A stretch of DNA of 64,000 nt. It comes from an uncultured Actinomycetes bacterium (GTDB lineage Bacteria; Actinomycetota; UBA4738; HRBIN12). Numbering within the stretch: position 1 is the stretch's first letter; each line of letters starts with the position of its first letter. The notes below the pieces were generated by a model. The model was given only the letters and a program-made list of their open reading frames with translations. It had not been told where the DNA came from and searched no databases. The position numbers and the translations under genes were made by a program. The stretch lies in the NCBI GenBank assembly GCA_963713185.1, contig CAVQKV010000004.1, positions 163,810 to 227,809 on the forward strand. The letters run 5' to 3'. Below, piece after piece: positions 11,937 through 20,775 of the stretch.

Positions 11937-13827
11937 ATGGCCGAGGACACGAGGGTTGGAACGGAGCTCGCCGGCTATCGGATCGAAGGAGTGATCGGGC
12001 GAGGTGGCATGAGCGTGGTCTACCTCGCCGAGCACGCTCGGCTGGAACGCAAGGTGGCGCTGAAAGTCCTCGCGCCTGAGCTCGCGGGGAGCGAGCGGTT
12101 CCACGACCGGTTCCTGCGCGAATCCAAACTCGCCGCCTCGCTCGACCATCCGAACATCGTTCCGATCTACGACGCGGACGAGGCCGACGGCGTCCTGTAC
12201 ATCGCGATGCGCTACGTCGAGGGCTCCGACCTCAAGCAGACGATCCGCGACAACGGCCCGCTCGACCCGCTGCGTGTGTCGGCGATCGTCGATCAGATCG
12301 CGAGCGCGCTCGATGCCGCCCATGCCCGAGGGCTCGTCCATCGCGACGTGAAGCCGGCGAACGTCCTGCTCACCCCCGACGATCACGCGTACGTGTCGGA
12401 CTTCGGCCTGACGAAGCGGGCGGTGTCGGTGAGTGGGCTCACGGAGACGGGCCAGCTCATCGGAACGATCGACTACGTCGCGCCGGAGCAGATCAAGGGC
12501 GACCCCGTCGACCAGCGCGCCGACGTGTACTCGCTCGGGTGTCTGCTCTTCGAATGCCTGACCGGGCATGCGCCCTACCCGCGCGACATCGAGGTGGGCG
12601 TGCTTGTGGGCGCACGTCGAGACCCCGCCGCCGACGCTGACCGAGGAGCGACCCGACCTGCCGCCCGAGGTCGACGACGTCCTGGCGCTCGCGATGGCGA
12701 AGGATCCTGCCGAGCGCACTGCGGCCGCGGGTGACGTTGCTGCCGGGTTCCGATCGGCGATCGGGCTCGAGCCCGGCCGGATGGCCCCGCTACGTGCGAG
12801 GCGGAAGCGGAAGGGCGGGCGTTGGAGAACGCTGGTCGCGGCGGCGGTTGTTGGCGTGGTCCTACTGGCCGCGGCGGGGGTCTTCCTCCTCACTCGGGGG
12901 GGCGGAGCCGACGTGGCTGCGCCTGCCCCGGACTCGGTCGCCATGATCGACTCGACCACGAACGCCTTCGATCAGGCGGTACCGGTCGGTGAGGATCCCA
13001 CCGGCATCGCGGTCGGCGAGGACGGGGACCTCTGGGTGATCAACCAGGGGAACTCGACCGTGAACCGGATCGATCCGGAGACCGGTGAGGTGTCGCCTGC
13101 GGAGTCCACGCTCGGCATCCCAACCGGTGTAGCGGCCGGCGAGGGCGCCGTCTGGATCACGAACGGGTTCGGCGGTCCCGGCGGCACGCAGGTCGTGACG
13201 GTCGACCCCACCACGGGATCCGTCGAGGTCGCGTTCCCATCGGGAACCGCGAAGGCGATCGTCGTCGGGTTCGGTTTCATCTGGTTGGCCGATGCCGATC
13301 GCGACCTCGTGCTCAGGTACGACCCGGAGGACCCGGCCGCCGATCCCCTAGAGATCCCCGTCGATGAAGGCGCGCCCGAGAGCGCGGTTCCTCGGTTCCT
13401 CGCGGTTGGGACAGACTCCGCGGAAGGCATCTGGGTCGTGAACGAGCTCGGAGGCGCCGTCCTTCGCATCGACCCCGAGACGAACGAGGTAGCCCGCCGG
13501 ATCGATGTCGAGTCGCCGACGGCCGTCGCGGCCGATGACAGCGGCGTGTGGGTGACGAGCGAGGCGAACGACCGCGTACATCACTTCGACGCGGCTGGCA
13601 GGGCCCTCCAAACCTTCCAGCAGGCGGACGGGATCCTCGATGGACCGACAGCGATCGTGATTGGTCCGAGCGTGGTGTGGATCGGGAGCGATCTGGAGAC
13701 CGCGGTCGCCCGGATCGATCCGGAAACGGACACGGTTGATCGCCTATCGCTCGGTGGCATCACGGGCGGCATGGTCGTGGACGAGAACGGCGACGTGTGG
13801 GTGGCGGTTCGTGCGCAGGTGGCCTGA
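11937..13827 (+). pseudogene. Ser/Thr protein kinase with a TM helix and extracellular beta-propeller (NHL/YVTN-like repeats), split by one apparent frameshift near 12606
   Basis: Kinase blocks: GRGGMSVVYLA, HRDVKPANVL, DFGLTK, GTIDYVAPE. The frame changes at GTGCTTGTGGGCG: ...PYPRDIEVGV continues as LWAHVETPPPTLTEERPDLPPEVDDVL...AKDPAER in the ORF 12568-13827. A TM helix (LVAAAVVGVVLLAAAGVFLL) and repeated DPxTxxV propeller blades follow. Confidence 0.8.
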
Positions 13828-15772
13828 GATCTCCACGACGTGCCGACCGAGACGGGCGACCGCCGTTCTGACGGTCGCCGTGTTGCTCGTCGCAAGCTCA
13901 TGCACGTCGGAGGGTGATTCCACCGAGCGATCGACCGGCACCGGGACGACGTCGCTGCATGGGGGAACGCTTCGCGTCGCGGTGTCCGATTGGTGGACCC
14001 CGAGCGTCGTTCACTTCGATCCTCAACGCGACTACGGGATCATCGGGTGGCAGTTGTACAGATGTTGCCTGCTCCGGACGCTCTACTCATACAACGGCAA
14101 GCCTATCGAGGGAGGGGGAGCGGAGCTCCGTCCAGACCTCGCCTCGGGACTGCCGGAGGTTTCAGCAGACGGCCTTACGTGGGTCTTCCATCTCCGGCAG
14201 GGCCTCCGTTTCGCGCCTCCGTTCGAAGACAACCGGATCGTCGCGCTCGACTTGGTTCGAGCCCTCGAGCGGACGGCTCGCGTCGGGGCGGAGGGCGGCT
14301 ACGCCTTCTACTACTCGGCCATCCACGGATTCGACGACTACGCGGCCGGGGATGCCGATTCGATCGCCGGGCTCGAGGCGCAGGACGACCACACGCTCGT
14401 CGTCCGCCTCGATCAGGTGACGAGCGACCTCGCGTATCGGTTCTCCCTTGCCGCGACGGCACCGATCCCGGAGGGAGCCGCGGACGGCCACGATGAGGAC
14501 TACGGGAGGTTCCTCGTCGCGTCCGGACCGTACATGGTCGAGGGGTCAGACCAGCTCGACTTCTCGCTGCCACCTGCGGAGCAGGAGCCGCTGACCGGGT
14601 TCGTACCCCCCAGTATTCGCAAGAAGAAGGATGGGTCTGTCGTACTCCTATCGGCGGGCTCGCTCACCCTGGTGCGCAATTCCGAATGGAAGTCCTCGTC
14701 GGACGAGCTGCGGCCGGCCTTCCCGGATCGGATCGAGTTCACGCTGGGTGGGGACCAGGTGGAGCTCGCGACCCGCGTCGATGCCGGCGAGATCGATCTC
14801 GTCCTTGCCAGCTCATCGCCCGCCGAGCAGGTCGCGCGGTATCGCGAGGATCCCGAGCTGACCGAGCGCGTGTTCGTCCACGCGACGGACGGCCTCAGCT
14901 TCGTTTCGCTCAACCTCGCCGTCCCACCCTTCGACGACGTACACGTCCGCCGAGCCGTCTCGTTCGCGATCGACAAGGAGGCGTACGTCGGGATGCTGAA
15001 CCGCCTCGCGGATCGACCGGCCGACACCCAGGGGGAGTTCGAGTTCATCGACGGCGAGGTCGCCACGCACATCGCTGCGGACGGGCTCGAGCGGAGCGTG
15101 CTCGGGACGTTCGATCCCTACCCCTACGACCCATCGCGGGCCCGGGCCGAGATGCGATCATCCGCATACGATCGCGACGGGAACGGCCGATGCGATGCTC
15201 CCGCGTGCCGCGAGGTGACGGCGCTCGTGAACACGACCGGGATCCTCCCGGAACAGGCGCGGGCGATCCGCGACGCCCTCGGTGAGTTGGGGATCGAGTT
15301 GGTGCTCGAAGGTCTGGAGCTCGAGTTGTTCTTCCCACGCCTCTACGACGCGGCCCAGCGGATCCCGATCGGGATCGGGGCCGGATGGGCCTCGGATTTC
15401 CCCGCTGGCGGGGGGTGGTTCCCCGGTCTGTTCGACAGTGCGGCCGTCAACGAGGGTTGCTGCAACACGTCGCTTGTCGGGGCCAGCCCGGCCCGGCTCA
15501 AAGACTGGGGATACCCGCGGACGACCGTCCCGAACGTAGACGATCGCTTCCAGGCGTGCATGAGGCGAACGGGTGTCGCCTCGACCGAGTGCTGGGCCGA
15601 GTTCGACCAGCTCCTCATGACCGGGATCGTGCCGTGGGTGCCATTGATATTCGTAGCGCATTCGCAGGTGGTCTCCGAAAGGGTCATCGCATACTCGTTC
15701 GACCAGTTCACGAGCCTGCCCGCGCTGGACCGGATCGCCCTGGCTCCGGGCTCTGAGCAGCCTCCGCCATGA
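13811..15772 (+). CDS. ABC-transporter substrate-binding lipoprotein, family 5 (peptide/nickel type), orphan
   Basis: The signal peptide ends LLVASSC (lipobox-like). SBP_bac_5-like blocks include GGTLRVAV...LYSYNGKP...LRFAPPF. GTG 13811 is the first in-frame start. No permease or ATPase genes are nearby. Confidence 0.8.
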   Translation: MRRWPEISTTCRPRRATAVLTVAVLLVASSCTSEGDSTERSTGTGTTSLHGGTLRVAVSDWWTPSVVHFDPQRDYGIIGWQLYRCCLLRTLYSYNGKPIEGGGAELRPDLASGLPEVSADGLTWVFHLRQGLRFAPPFEDNRIVALDLVRALERTARVGAEGGYAFYYSAIHGFDDYAAGDADSIAGLEAQDDHTLVVRLDQVTSDLAYRFSLAATAPIPEGAADGHDEDYGRFLVASGPYMVEGSDQLDFSLPPAEQEPLTGFVPPSIRKKKDGSVVLLSAGSLTLVRNSEWKSSSDELRPAFPDRIEFTLGGDQVELATRVDAGEIDLVLASSSPAEQVARYREDPELTERVFVHATDGLSFVSLNLAVPPFDDVHVRRAVSFAIDKEAYVGMLNRLADRPADTQGEFEFIDGEVATHIAADGLERSVLGTFDPYPYDPSRARAEMRSSAYDRDGNGRCDAPACREVTALVNTTGILPEQARAIRDALGELGIELVLEGLELELFFPRLYDAAQRIPIGIGAGWASDFPAGGGWFPGLFDSAAVNEGCCNTSLVGASPARLKDWGYPRTTVPNVDDRFQACMRRTGVASTECWAEFDQLLMTGIVPWVPLIFVAHSQVVSERVIAYSFDQFTSLPALDRIALAPGSEQPPP

Positions 15773-17631
15773 GTCCATCGATCGCGAGGCGAGCTCCTCT
15801 CGTCGGAGTGGTGACCGTCCTTCTTCTCGCTGCCGCATGTACGGGAGAGGATCGGAGCGGCAGCCCACCGCCCGCCGATGAGCACCCTCGAGGCGGGACG
15901 CTTCGACTCGCGGTTCCGACCGGGTACTTCCCACGGGTTGAGCTTGACCCGCAGCGGGCGGTCTTCTCCCTCGCGCTCACCCGGTGCTGCCTGTTCCGAA
16001 CCCTGTACTCGTACAACGGCAAGCCCACGGACGATGGCGGTGCCGAGCTTCTCCCGGACCTGGCGGCGGGGATCCCCGAGGTGTCAAGCGACGGTCTGCG
16101 CTGGACCTTCCGCCTCCGTACGGGGCTTCGATACGCCCCGCCGTTCGAGGAGACGGAGATCGTCGCGGCCGATTTCGTGCGGGCTCTCGAGCGAGAGGCC
16201 CGCGTGGGCCAGAACGCGTATGCCTACCATTACCCGGTGATCGTCGGGTTCGACGACTATGCAAATGGAGACGCGGACTCGATCGTCGGTCTCGAGACAC
16301 CGGATGCCCACACGCTGGTCGTCGAGCTCCAGGAACCGGCAAGCGATCTTGCTCACCGTCTCGCTCTGCCTGCGGCCGCTCCGATCCCCGAGGGAGCCGC
16401 TGATGGTCACGACGAGGATTACGAGAGGTTCGTGGTTGCATCGGGCCCGTACATGGTCGAGGGGTCCGAACGCCTGGACTTCTCGTTGCCGCCGGCGGAG
16501 CAAGCGCCGCTGTCCGGGTTCGTGCCACCCGACCTCGAGGACGGGTCTCTCATCGCTCCAGGCTCGCTCACGCTGGTGCCCAATCCTTCCTGGGAACCGT
16601 CGTCGGACGGGCTGCGACCCGCCTACGTCGAGCGCATGGAGTTCATCATCGGGGGTGACGAGGAGGGGATGGCGCAAGACGTAGACAACGGAGAACTGGA
16701 TCTCGTGTTCGGACCGGATTCCTCCTTTCCGGACCAGGTGGCGCGCTATCGTCAGGATCCGGAGCTCGAAGAGCGCCTGTTCGTCGACTCGGGGGATTTT
16801 GAGTTCTACGTCTCGATGAACCTCGCCGCACCGCCCTTCGACGACATCCACGTCCGCAGGGCCGTCAACCTCGCGATCGACAAGGCCCCGCTCATCGAAC
16901 TGATGTCTCGACCACCGTACGGTCCGTACGGGGTGTCGTCCGTCGAGATCGCGACGCACATCGGAACCGATGCCGTCGAGGGGGACCTCCTGCCCGGGTT
17001 CGACCCCTACCCCCACGACCTGGCGGAGGCCCGGCGGGAGATGGGTTTGTCCGCATACGATCGCGACGGAGACGGCCAGTGTGACGTCCCGCTCTGCCGG
17101 GGCGTCCTGGCGGTCGTCTTGCCCCGGGGGGCTATTCCCGACCAGGCGCGAGCGATCCGCGGGGACCTCGCCGATCTCGGGATCGAGCTCGATCTGGAAC
17201 CAAGCAACTTCTCGAGGTTCTACGATCGGTCTGAAATTGTCCCGATCGGCATCGGCGCCGCCTGGGGGAAGGACTTCGCGAATGGCTCGGCCTGGTTCCT
17301 GCCGCTATTCAGTGTCGCGAGCCTCGAATCGCTGAACCATTCGTTGCTAAGCGCGACGGCCGGTCAGCTCAGGGAATGGGGCTACGCGGTGACATCCGTT
17401 CCCAGCGTCGAGGACCGACTGGACGCCTGCGCGAGGCGTATGGGGCCATCTCAGACCGAGTGCTGGGCTGAGCTCGATCAGTACCTCATGGCCGAGGTGG
17501 TTCCGTGGGTCCCGTACATGGTCGGCAACTACGTACAGGTTGTGTCTGAGCGCGTCGTCGCATATTCCTTCGATCAGTTCGGTGGTCGCCCGGCGTTGGA
17601 TCGGATCGCTCTCGCGCCCGGTTCCGAGTAG
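15769..17631 (+). CDS. ABC-transporter substrate-binding lipoprotein, family 5, paralog of the preceding gene
   Basis: The ATG overlaps the upstream stop (ATGA). Lipobox LLAAAC. It shares blocks with the upstream paralog: TRCCLFRTLYSYNGKP, PIPEGAADGHDEDY, SAYDRDG. Confidence 0.88.
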   Translation: MSPSIARRAPLVGVVTVLLLAAACTGEDRSGSPPPADEHPRGGTLRLAVPTGYFPRVELDPQRAVFSLALTRCCLFRTLYSYNGKPTDDGGAELLPDLAAGIPEVSSDGLRWTFRLRTGLRYAPPFEETEIVAADFVRALEREARVGQNAYAYHYPVIVGFDDYANGDADSIVGLETPDAHTLVVELQEPASDLAHRLALPAAAPIPEGAADGHDEDYERFVVASGPYMVEGSERLDFSLPPAEQAPLSGFVPPDLEDGSLIAPGSLTLVPNPSWEPSSDGLRPAYVERMEFIIGGDEEGMAQDVDNGELDLVFGPDSSFPDQVARYRQDPELEERLFVDSGDFEFYVSMNLAAPPFDDIHVRRAVNLAIDKAPLIELMSRPPYGPYGVSSVEIATHIGTDAVEGDLLPGFDPYPHDLAEARREMGLSAYDRDGDGQCDVPLCRGVLAVVLPRGAIPDQARAIRGDLADLGIELDLEPSNFSRFYDRSEIVPIGIGAAWGKDFANGSAWFLPLFSVASLESLNHSLLSATAGQLREWGYAVTSVPSVEDRLDACARRMGPSQTECWAELDQYLMAEVVPWVPYMVGNYVQVVSERVVAYSFDQFGGRPALDRIALAPGSE

Positions 17632-17663
17632 GCGCGCGCAAGGGCCGGTACCATGACCGCACC

Positions 17664-18780
17664 ATGAGCGATCACACCGAACGGCTCGAGGACCTCACGA
17701 AGCGGATCGACGCCGCGAAGGAGTTCCTTTGACGTCGAAGGCAAGCGCGCACGCGCGACCGAACTCGAGCAGGAGGCGTCCGACCCCTCGCTCTGGGACG
17801 ACCCCGCCCGCGGTCAGCAGCTGACGACGAGCCTCGCGCGCCTGCGGGCGGAGCTCGAGCGATACGACGGTCTCGTTCGGCGGCTCGAGGATGCGCTGAC
17901 GATGGATGAGCTCCTCGCGAACGAAGCCGACCCCCAGATGACGGCCGATCTGGCGCGCGCGGTGCGCGACCTCGAGCGCGACGTCGAGAAGCTCGAGCTC
18001 GCGACGCTCCTCGGTGGCGAGTACGACGACCACGACGCGGTCGCCACGCTGCACGCCGGCGCCGGCGGCACCGAATCGCAGGACTGGGCCGAGATGCTGC
18101 TGCGGATGTACCTGCGGTGGGCCGAACGCGAGGGGCTCGAGGTCGAGGTCGACGAGACGCTCCTCGGTGACGAGGCCGGGATCAAGAGCGCGACGTTCAT
18201 CATCCACGGCCCGTATGCGTACGGGCTCCTGTCGGCGGAGCGCGGGGTGCACCGGCTCGTGCGGATCTCGCCGTTCGACGCGCAGAAGCGACGGCATACC
18301 TCGTTCGCCAACCTCGACGTCATCCCGATGCTCGAGGAGACGGGCGACGAGGACATCGAGATCGACCCGAAGGACCTGCGGATCGACGTGTATCGCTCGA
18401 CGGGCCCGGGTGGCCAGTCGGTCAACACCACGGACTCCGCCGTCAGGATCACCCACCTGCCGAGCGGGATCACGGCGGCGTGCCAGAACGAGCGCTCGCA
18501 GCTGCAGAACCGCGCCGTGGCGATGCGGATCCTGAAGGCCCGGCTCGCCGAACGGATGCGCGAGGAGCAGCAGACCAAGCTCGAGGACCTGCGCGGGGAG
18601 CGCAAGGGGATCGACTTCGGCTCGCAGATCCGCTCGTACGTCCTCGCGCCGTACCGGCTCGTCAAGGACCACCGGACGAACCTCGAGCTCGGCGACGTCG
18701 ACCGGGTCCTGGGCGGTGACCTGGAGGCACTGATCGAGGCCGAGCTCCGACGCCGGACGGGCCACGGAGGCGCATCGTAG
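17664..18780 (+). CDS. prfB: Peptide chain release factor 2, requiring a programmed +1 frameshift at 17730
   Basis: Frame 0 reads MSDHTERLEDLTKRIDAAKEFL then TGA (17730-17732). The +1 frame continues DVEGKRARATELEQEASDPSLWDDP... into the 292-aa ORF, which carries the SPF and GGQ motifs (RISPFD, GPGGQSVNTTDSAVRITHLPSG). Confidence 0.93.
17718..17733 (+). promoter_or_regulatory. prfB autoregulatory +1 ribosomal frameshift site (SD-like AAGGAG, 3-nt spacer, CTT TGA C)
   Basis: The sequence AAGGAGTTCCTTTGAC has the same architecture as the E. coli site AGGGGGTATCTTTGAC. Confidence 0.9.
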
Positions 18781-18865
18781 GGGAGGAGCGTATCCCTACG
18801 GACCTTCGCACTAGGTCCTTGGTCTCGGTCGTGCCGCCCGTGTCTCCAGATCACGTCCGACTGGC

Positions 18866-20722
18866 TTGCCGTGGGGGTACGAACGAACGAGAATCGGACC
18901 GATCCCCGGGAGGGCCCGAACGTTGTCCGAAACGACGAAGCGCGGTCTCGAGGTCTCGGTCACCGCGGTCTTCACTCTCGCGTTGCTGTTGGTCGGGACC
19001 ATCCTGATCTTCTCCGGTGGAACCGCTTCCGCCAAACAGATCGCGACGCTCAGACTCTTCGGTGGACAGGTCGCGGTGCAGCATGGCAGCGGTGCGTTCG
19101 TGGGCGGTGAGGACGGCGCGTCGCTCCACGAGGGTGACACCGTTCGCACCGGCCCGGACGGACGGGCGTCGATCGAGTACTTCGACGGGAGCGAGACGCG
19201 TCTCGACTACGACACGACGCTCACGCTGGTCGTGCTTGAGACGCTGGACAACGCTGCAGGCTCGAAGGTGATCGAGGCAAGCCAGACCGACGGCAACTCC
19301 TACAACCGGGTGGCGGAGCTCACCGATCCTGAGAGCCGATTCGACATCGAGACGCCGACGCTGACGGCATCGGTGCAGGCCACCGAGTACGCGCTGATGG
19401 TGGATGGGGGATCGACGACGATCGCGGTCGTGGACGGCATCGTCAAGGCGACCGGCGCCACCGGCTCCGTCGCCGTTCCCGCCGGCTACATGGTGGTCGT
19501 TGGTCCCGACGGCGCTATCGGACAGATCGAGGAGATCTCCCAGGAGCTGCTCGACAGTGACTGGCTCAGGTTCAACTGGTGCGAGTTCGATAGCGTCCGG
19601 GGATGTCCCGAAGACACCGGGGTAGAACCCCAGGGGCCGAGCAACGAACCGACGAACTCGGACGAGGGTCAGCAGGGGTCGCTCCCGCCGAACGCCAACA
19701 CCGGCGGCGAGGGGGGCGGGGGCGGCGCGACCACGCACGACGGTGCGCCCCCCCCACCACCACACAACCAGCCCCCACACGCGGGCTTCTCCGCATCGTC
19801 GAAGCTCGGCACGGCGCCGCTGCGCGTGCGGTTCACCGACTCGTCGAGCGACCCGGACGGCGACCAGATCTCGCGGCACTGGAGCTTCGGTGACGGTTCG
19901 TCGCAGTCCGGCGGACTGAGCCCGATGCACACGTACACCCACCCCGGGGACTACACGGTTACGCTCACGGTGTCCGATCCCCACGGCGAGCGCGACTCGA
20001 AGAGCCGGGTCATCGACGTCGGGTCGCCGCAGGACACGGTGCCACCGGTCGTCACGATCACCGGCGCACCGAGCAACCCGAGCGCCTCGAGGAACGCCAC
20101 GTTCACGTTCACTTCCGACGAAGCGGGTCGAGGGTTCGTCTGCACGCTGGACGGGACGAGCGATCCGTGCGGCGGAGGGGGTGGCGCCCGTCCCAATGCG
20201 GCCGTGGTCAACGGATCGGTGAGCTACTCGAACCTCTCCCAGGGGCAACACGCGTTCTCGGTGTCCGTGACGGATGCCTCGGGCAACACCGGATCCGCTT
20301 CGTACGCGTGGAGGATCGATACCGAGAGTGGCGGCGGCGGCGGTGGTGGTGGTGGCGATGGCGACGGCGATCACGAGGGCGATGGCGACGGCGATCACCA
20401 TGGCGGCGGCGACGGCGATCACGAGGGCCAAGATGACGGTGATCACGAGGGCCATGATGACGGCGATCACGAGGGCGATGACGACGGCGATCACCAGGGC
20501 GATGAGACGGCGATCACGAGGGCGATGACGACGGCGATCACCATGGCGATGACGACGGCGATCACGAGGGCGATGACGACGGCGATCACCATGGCGATGA
20601 CGACGGCGATCACGAGGGCGATGACGACGGCGATCACCATGGCGATGACGACGGCGATGGCGGGGGCGGTCACCATGGCGACGGGTGATCACGGGGATCC
20701 GCTCGCTCCGCCCCGGCGCTGA
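18866..20722 (+). CDS. Membrane-anchored FecR-domain / PKD-domain / Ig-like protein with a C-terminal His/Asp/Gly-rich repeat tail (frame broken inside the repeat)
   Basis: N-terminal TM helix (VTAVFTLALLLVGTILIF). FecR-like block: LHEGDTVRTGPDGRASIEYFDGSETRLDYDTTLTL. PKD block: APLRVRFTDSSSDPDGDQISRHWSFGDGS...YTHPGDYTVTLTVSD. Ig-like block: TFTFTSDEAGRGFVCTLDG...GQHAFSVSVTDASGN. Then (DGDHEGDD)n. An alternative TTG start lies at 18923, after GGGAGGG. Confidence 0.75.
   Translation: MPWGYERTRIGPIPGRARTLSETTKRGLEVSVTAVFTLALLLVGTILIFSGGTASAKQIATLRLFGGQVAVQHGSGAFVGGEDGASLHEGDTVRTGPDGRASIEYFDGSETRLDYDTTLTLVVLETLDNAAGSKVIEASQTDGNSYNRVAELTDPESRFDIETPTLTASVQATEYALMVDGGSTTIAVVDGIVKATGATGSVAVPAGYMVVVGPDGAIGQIEEISQELLDSDWLRFNWCEFDSVRGCPEDTGVEPQGPSNEPTNSDEGQQGSLPPNANTGGEGGGGGATTHDGAPPPPPHNQPPHAGFSASSKLGTAPLRVRFTDSSSDPDGDQISRHWSFGDGSSQSGGLSPMHTYTHPGDYTVTLTVSDPHGERDSKSRVIDVGSPQDTVPPVVTITGAPSNPSASRNATFTFTSDEAGRGFVCTLDGTSDPCGGGGGARPNAAVVNGSVSYSNLSQGQHAFSVSVTDASGNTGSASYAWRIDTESGGGGGGGGGDGDGDHEGDGDGDHHGGGDGDHEGQDDGDHEGHDDGDHEGDDDGDHQGDETAITRAMTTAITMAMTTAITRAMTTAITMAMTTAITRAMTTAITMAMTTAMAGAVTMATGDHGDPLAPPRR
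20363..20688 (+). repeat. 24-bp tandem repeat array (about 12.5 units, GACGGCGATCACSAKGGCGATGAC), with a 1-nt deletion between 20505 and 20506
   Basis: Read directly. Units 7-12 form three perfect 48-bp HE/HH double units. At unit 6, GATGA-GACGG replaces GATGACGACGG. The unshifted frame would end at TGA 20686-20688. Confidence 0.9.
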
Positions 20723-20775
20723 TCGCGCGGAGCACAAGGGCGCAGGCGGTCGTCCCGCCCGCCGTAGGTGACCGG

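Noticed and set aside
8460-12734. 1424-aa ORF that looks like one giant multidomain protein
   Set aside because: It is a concatenation: the cyclase-STAND gene, then the antisense shadow of the minus-strand kinase (10960-11852), then the 5' two-thirds of the plus-strand kinase. Long open shadow frames are expected at about 70% GC.
20491-20676. Antisense 61-aa ORF encoding a hydrophobic (VIAVVIAL)n repeat
   Set aside because: It is simply the reverse complement of the GAC/GAT/CAC-rich repeat. It has no independent start context or RBS.
20363-20688. Regular 24-bp repeats, considered as a CRISPR array
   Set aside because: The units are contiguous with no spacers, lie inside a coding region and encode a peptide repeat. 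There are no cas genes.
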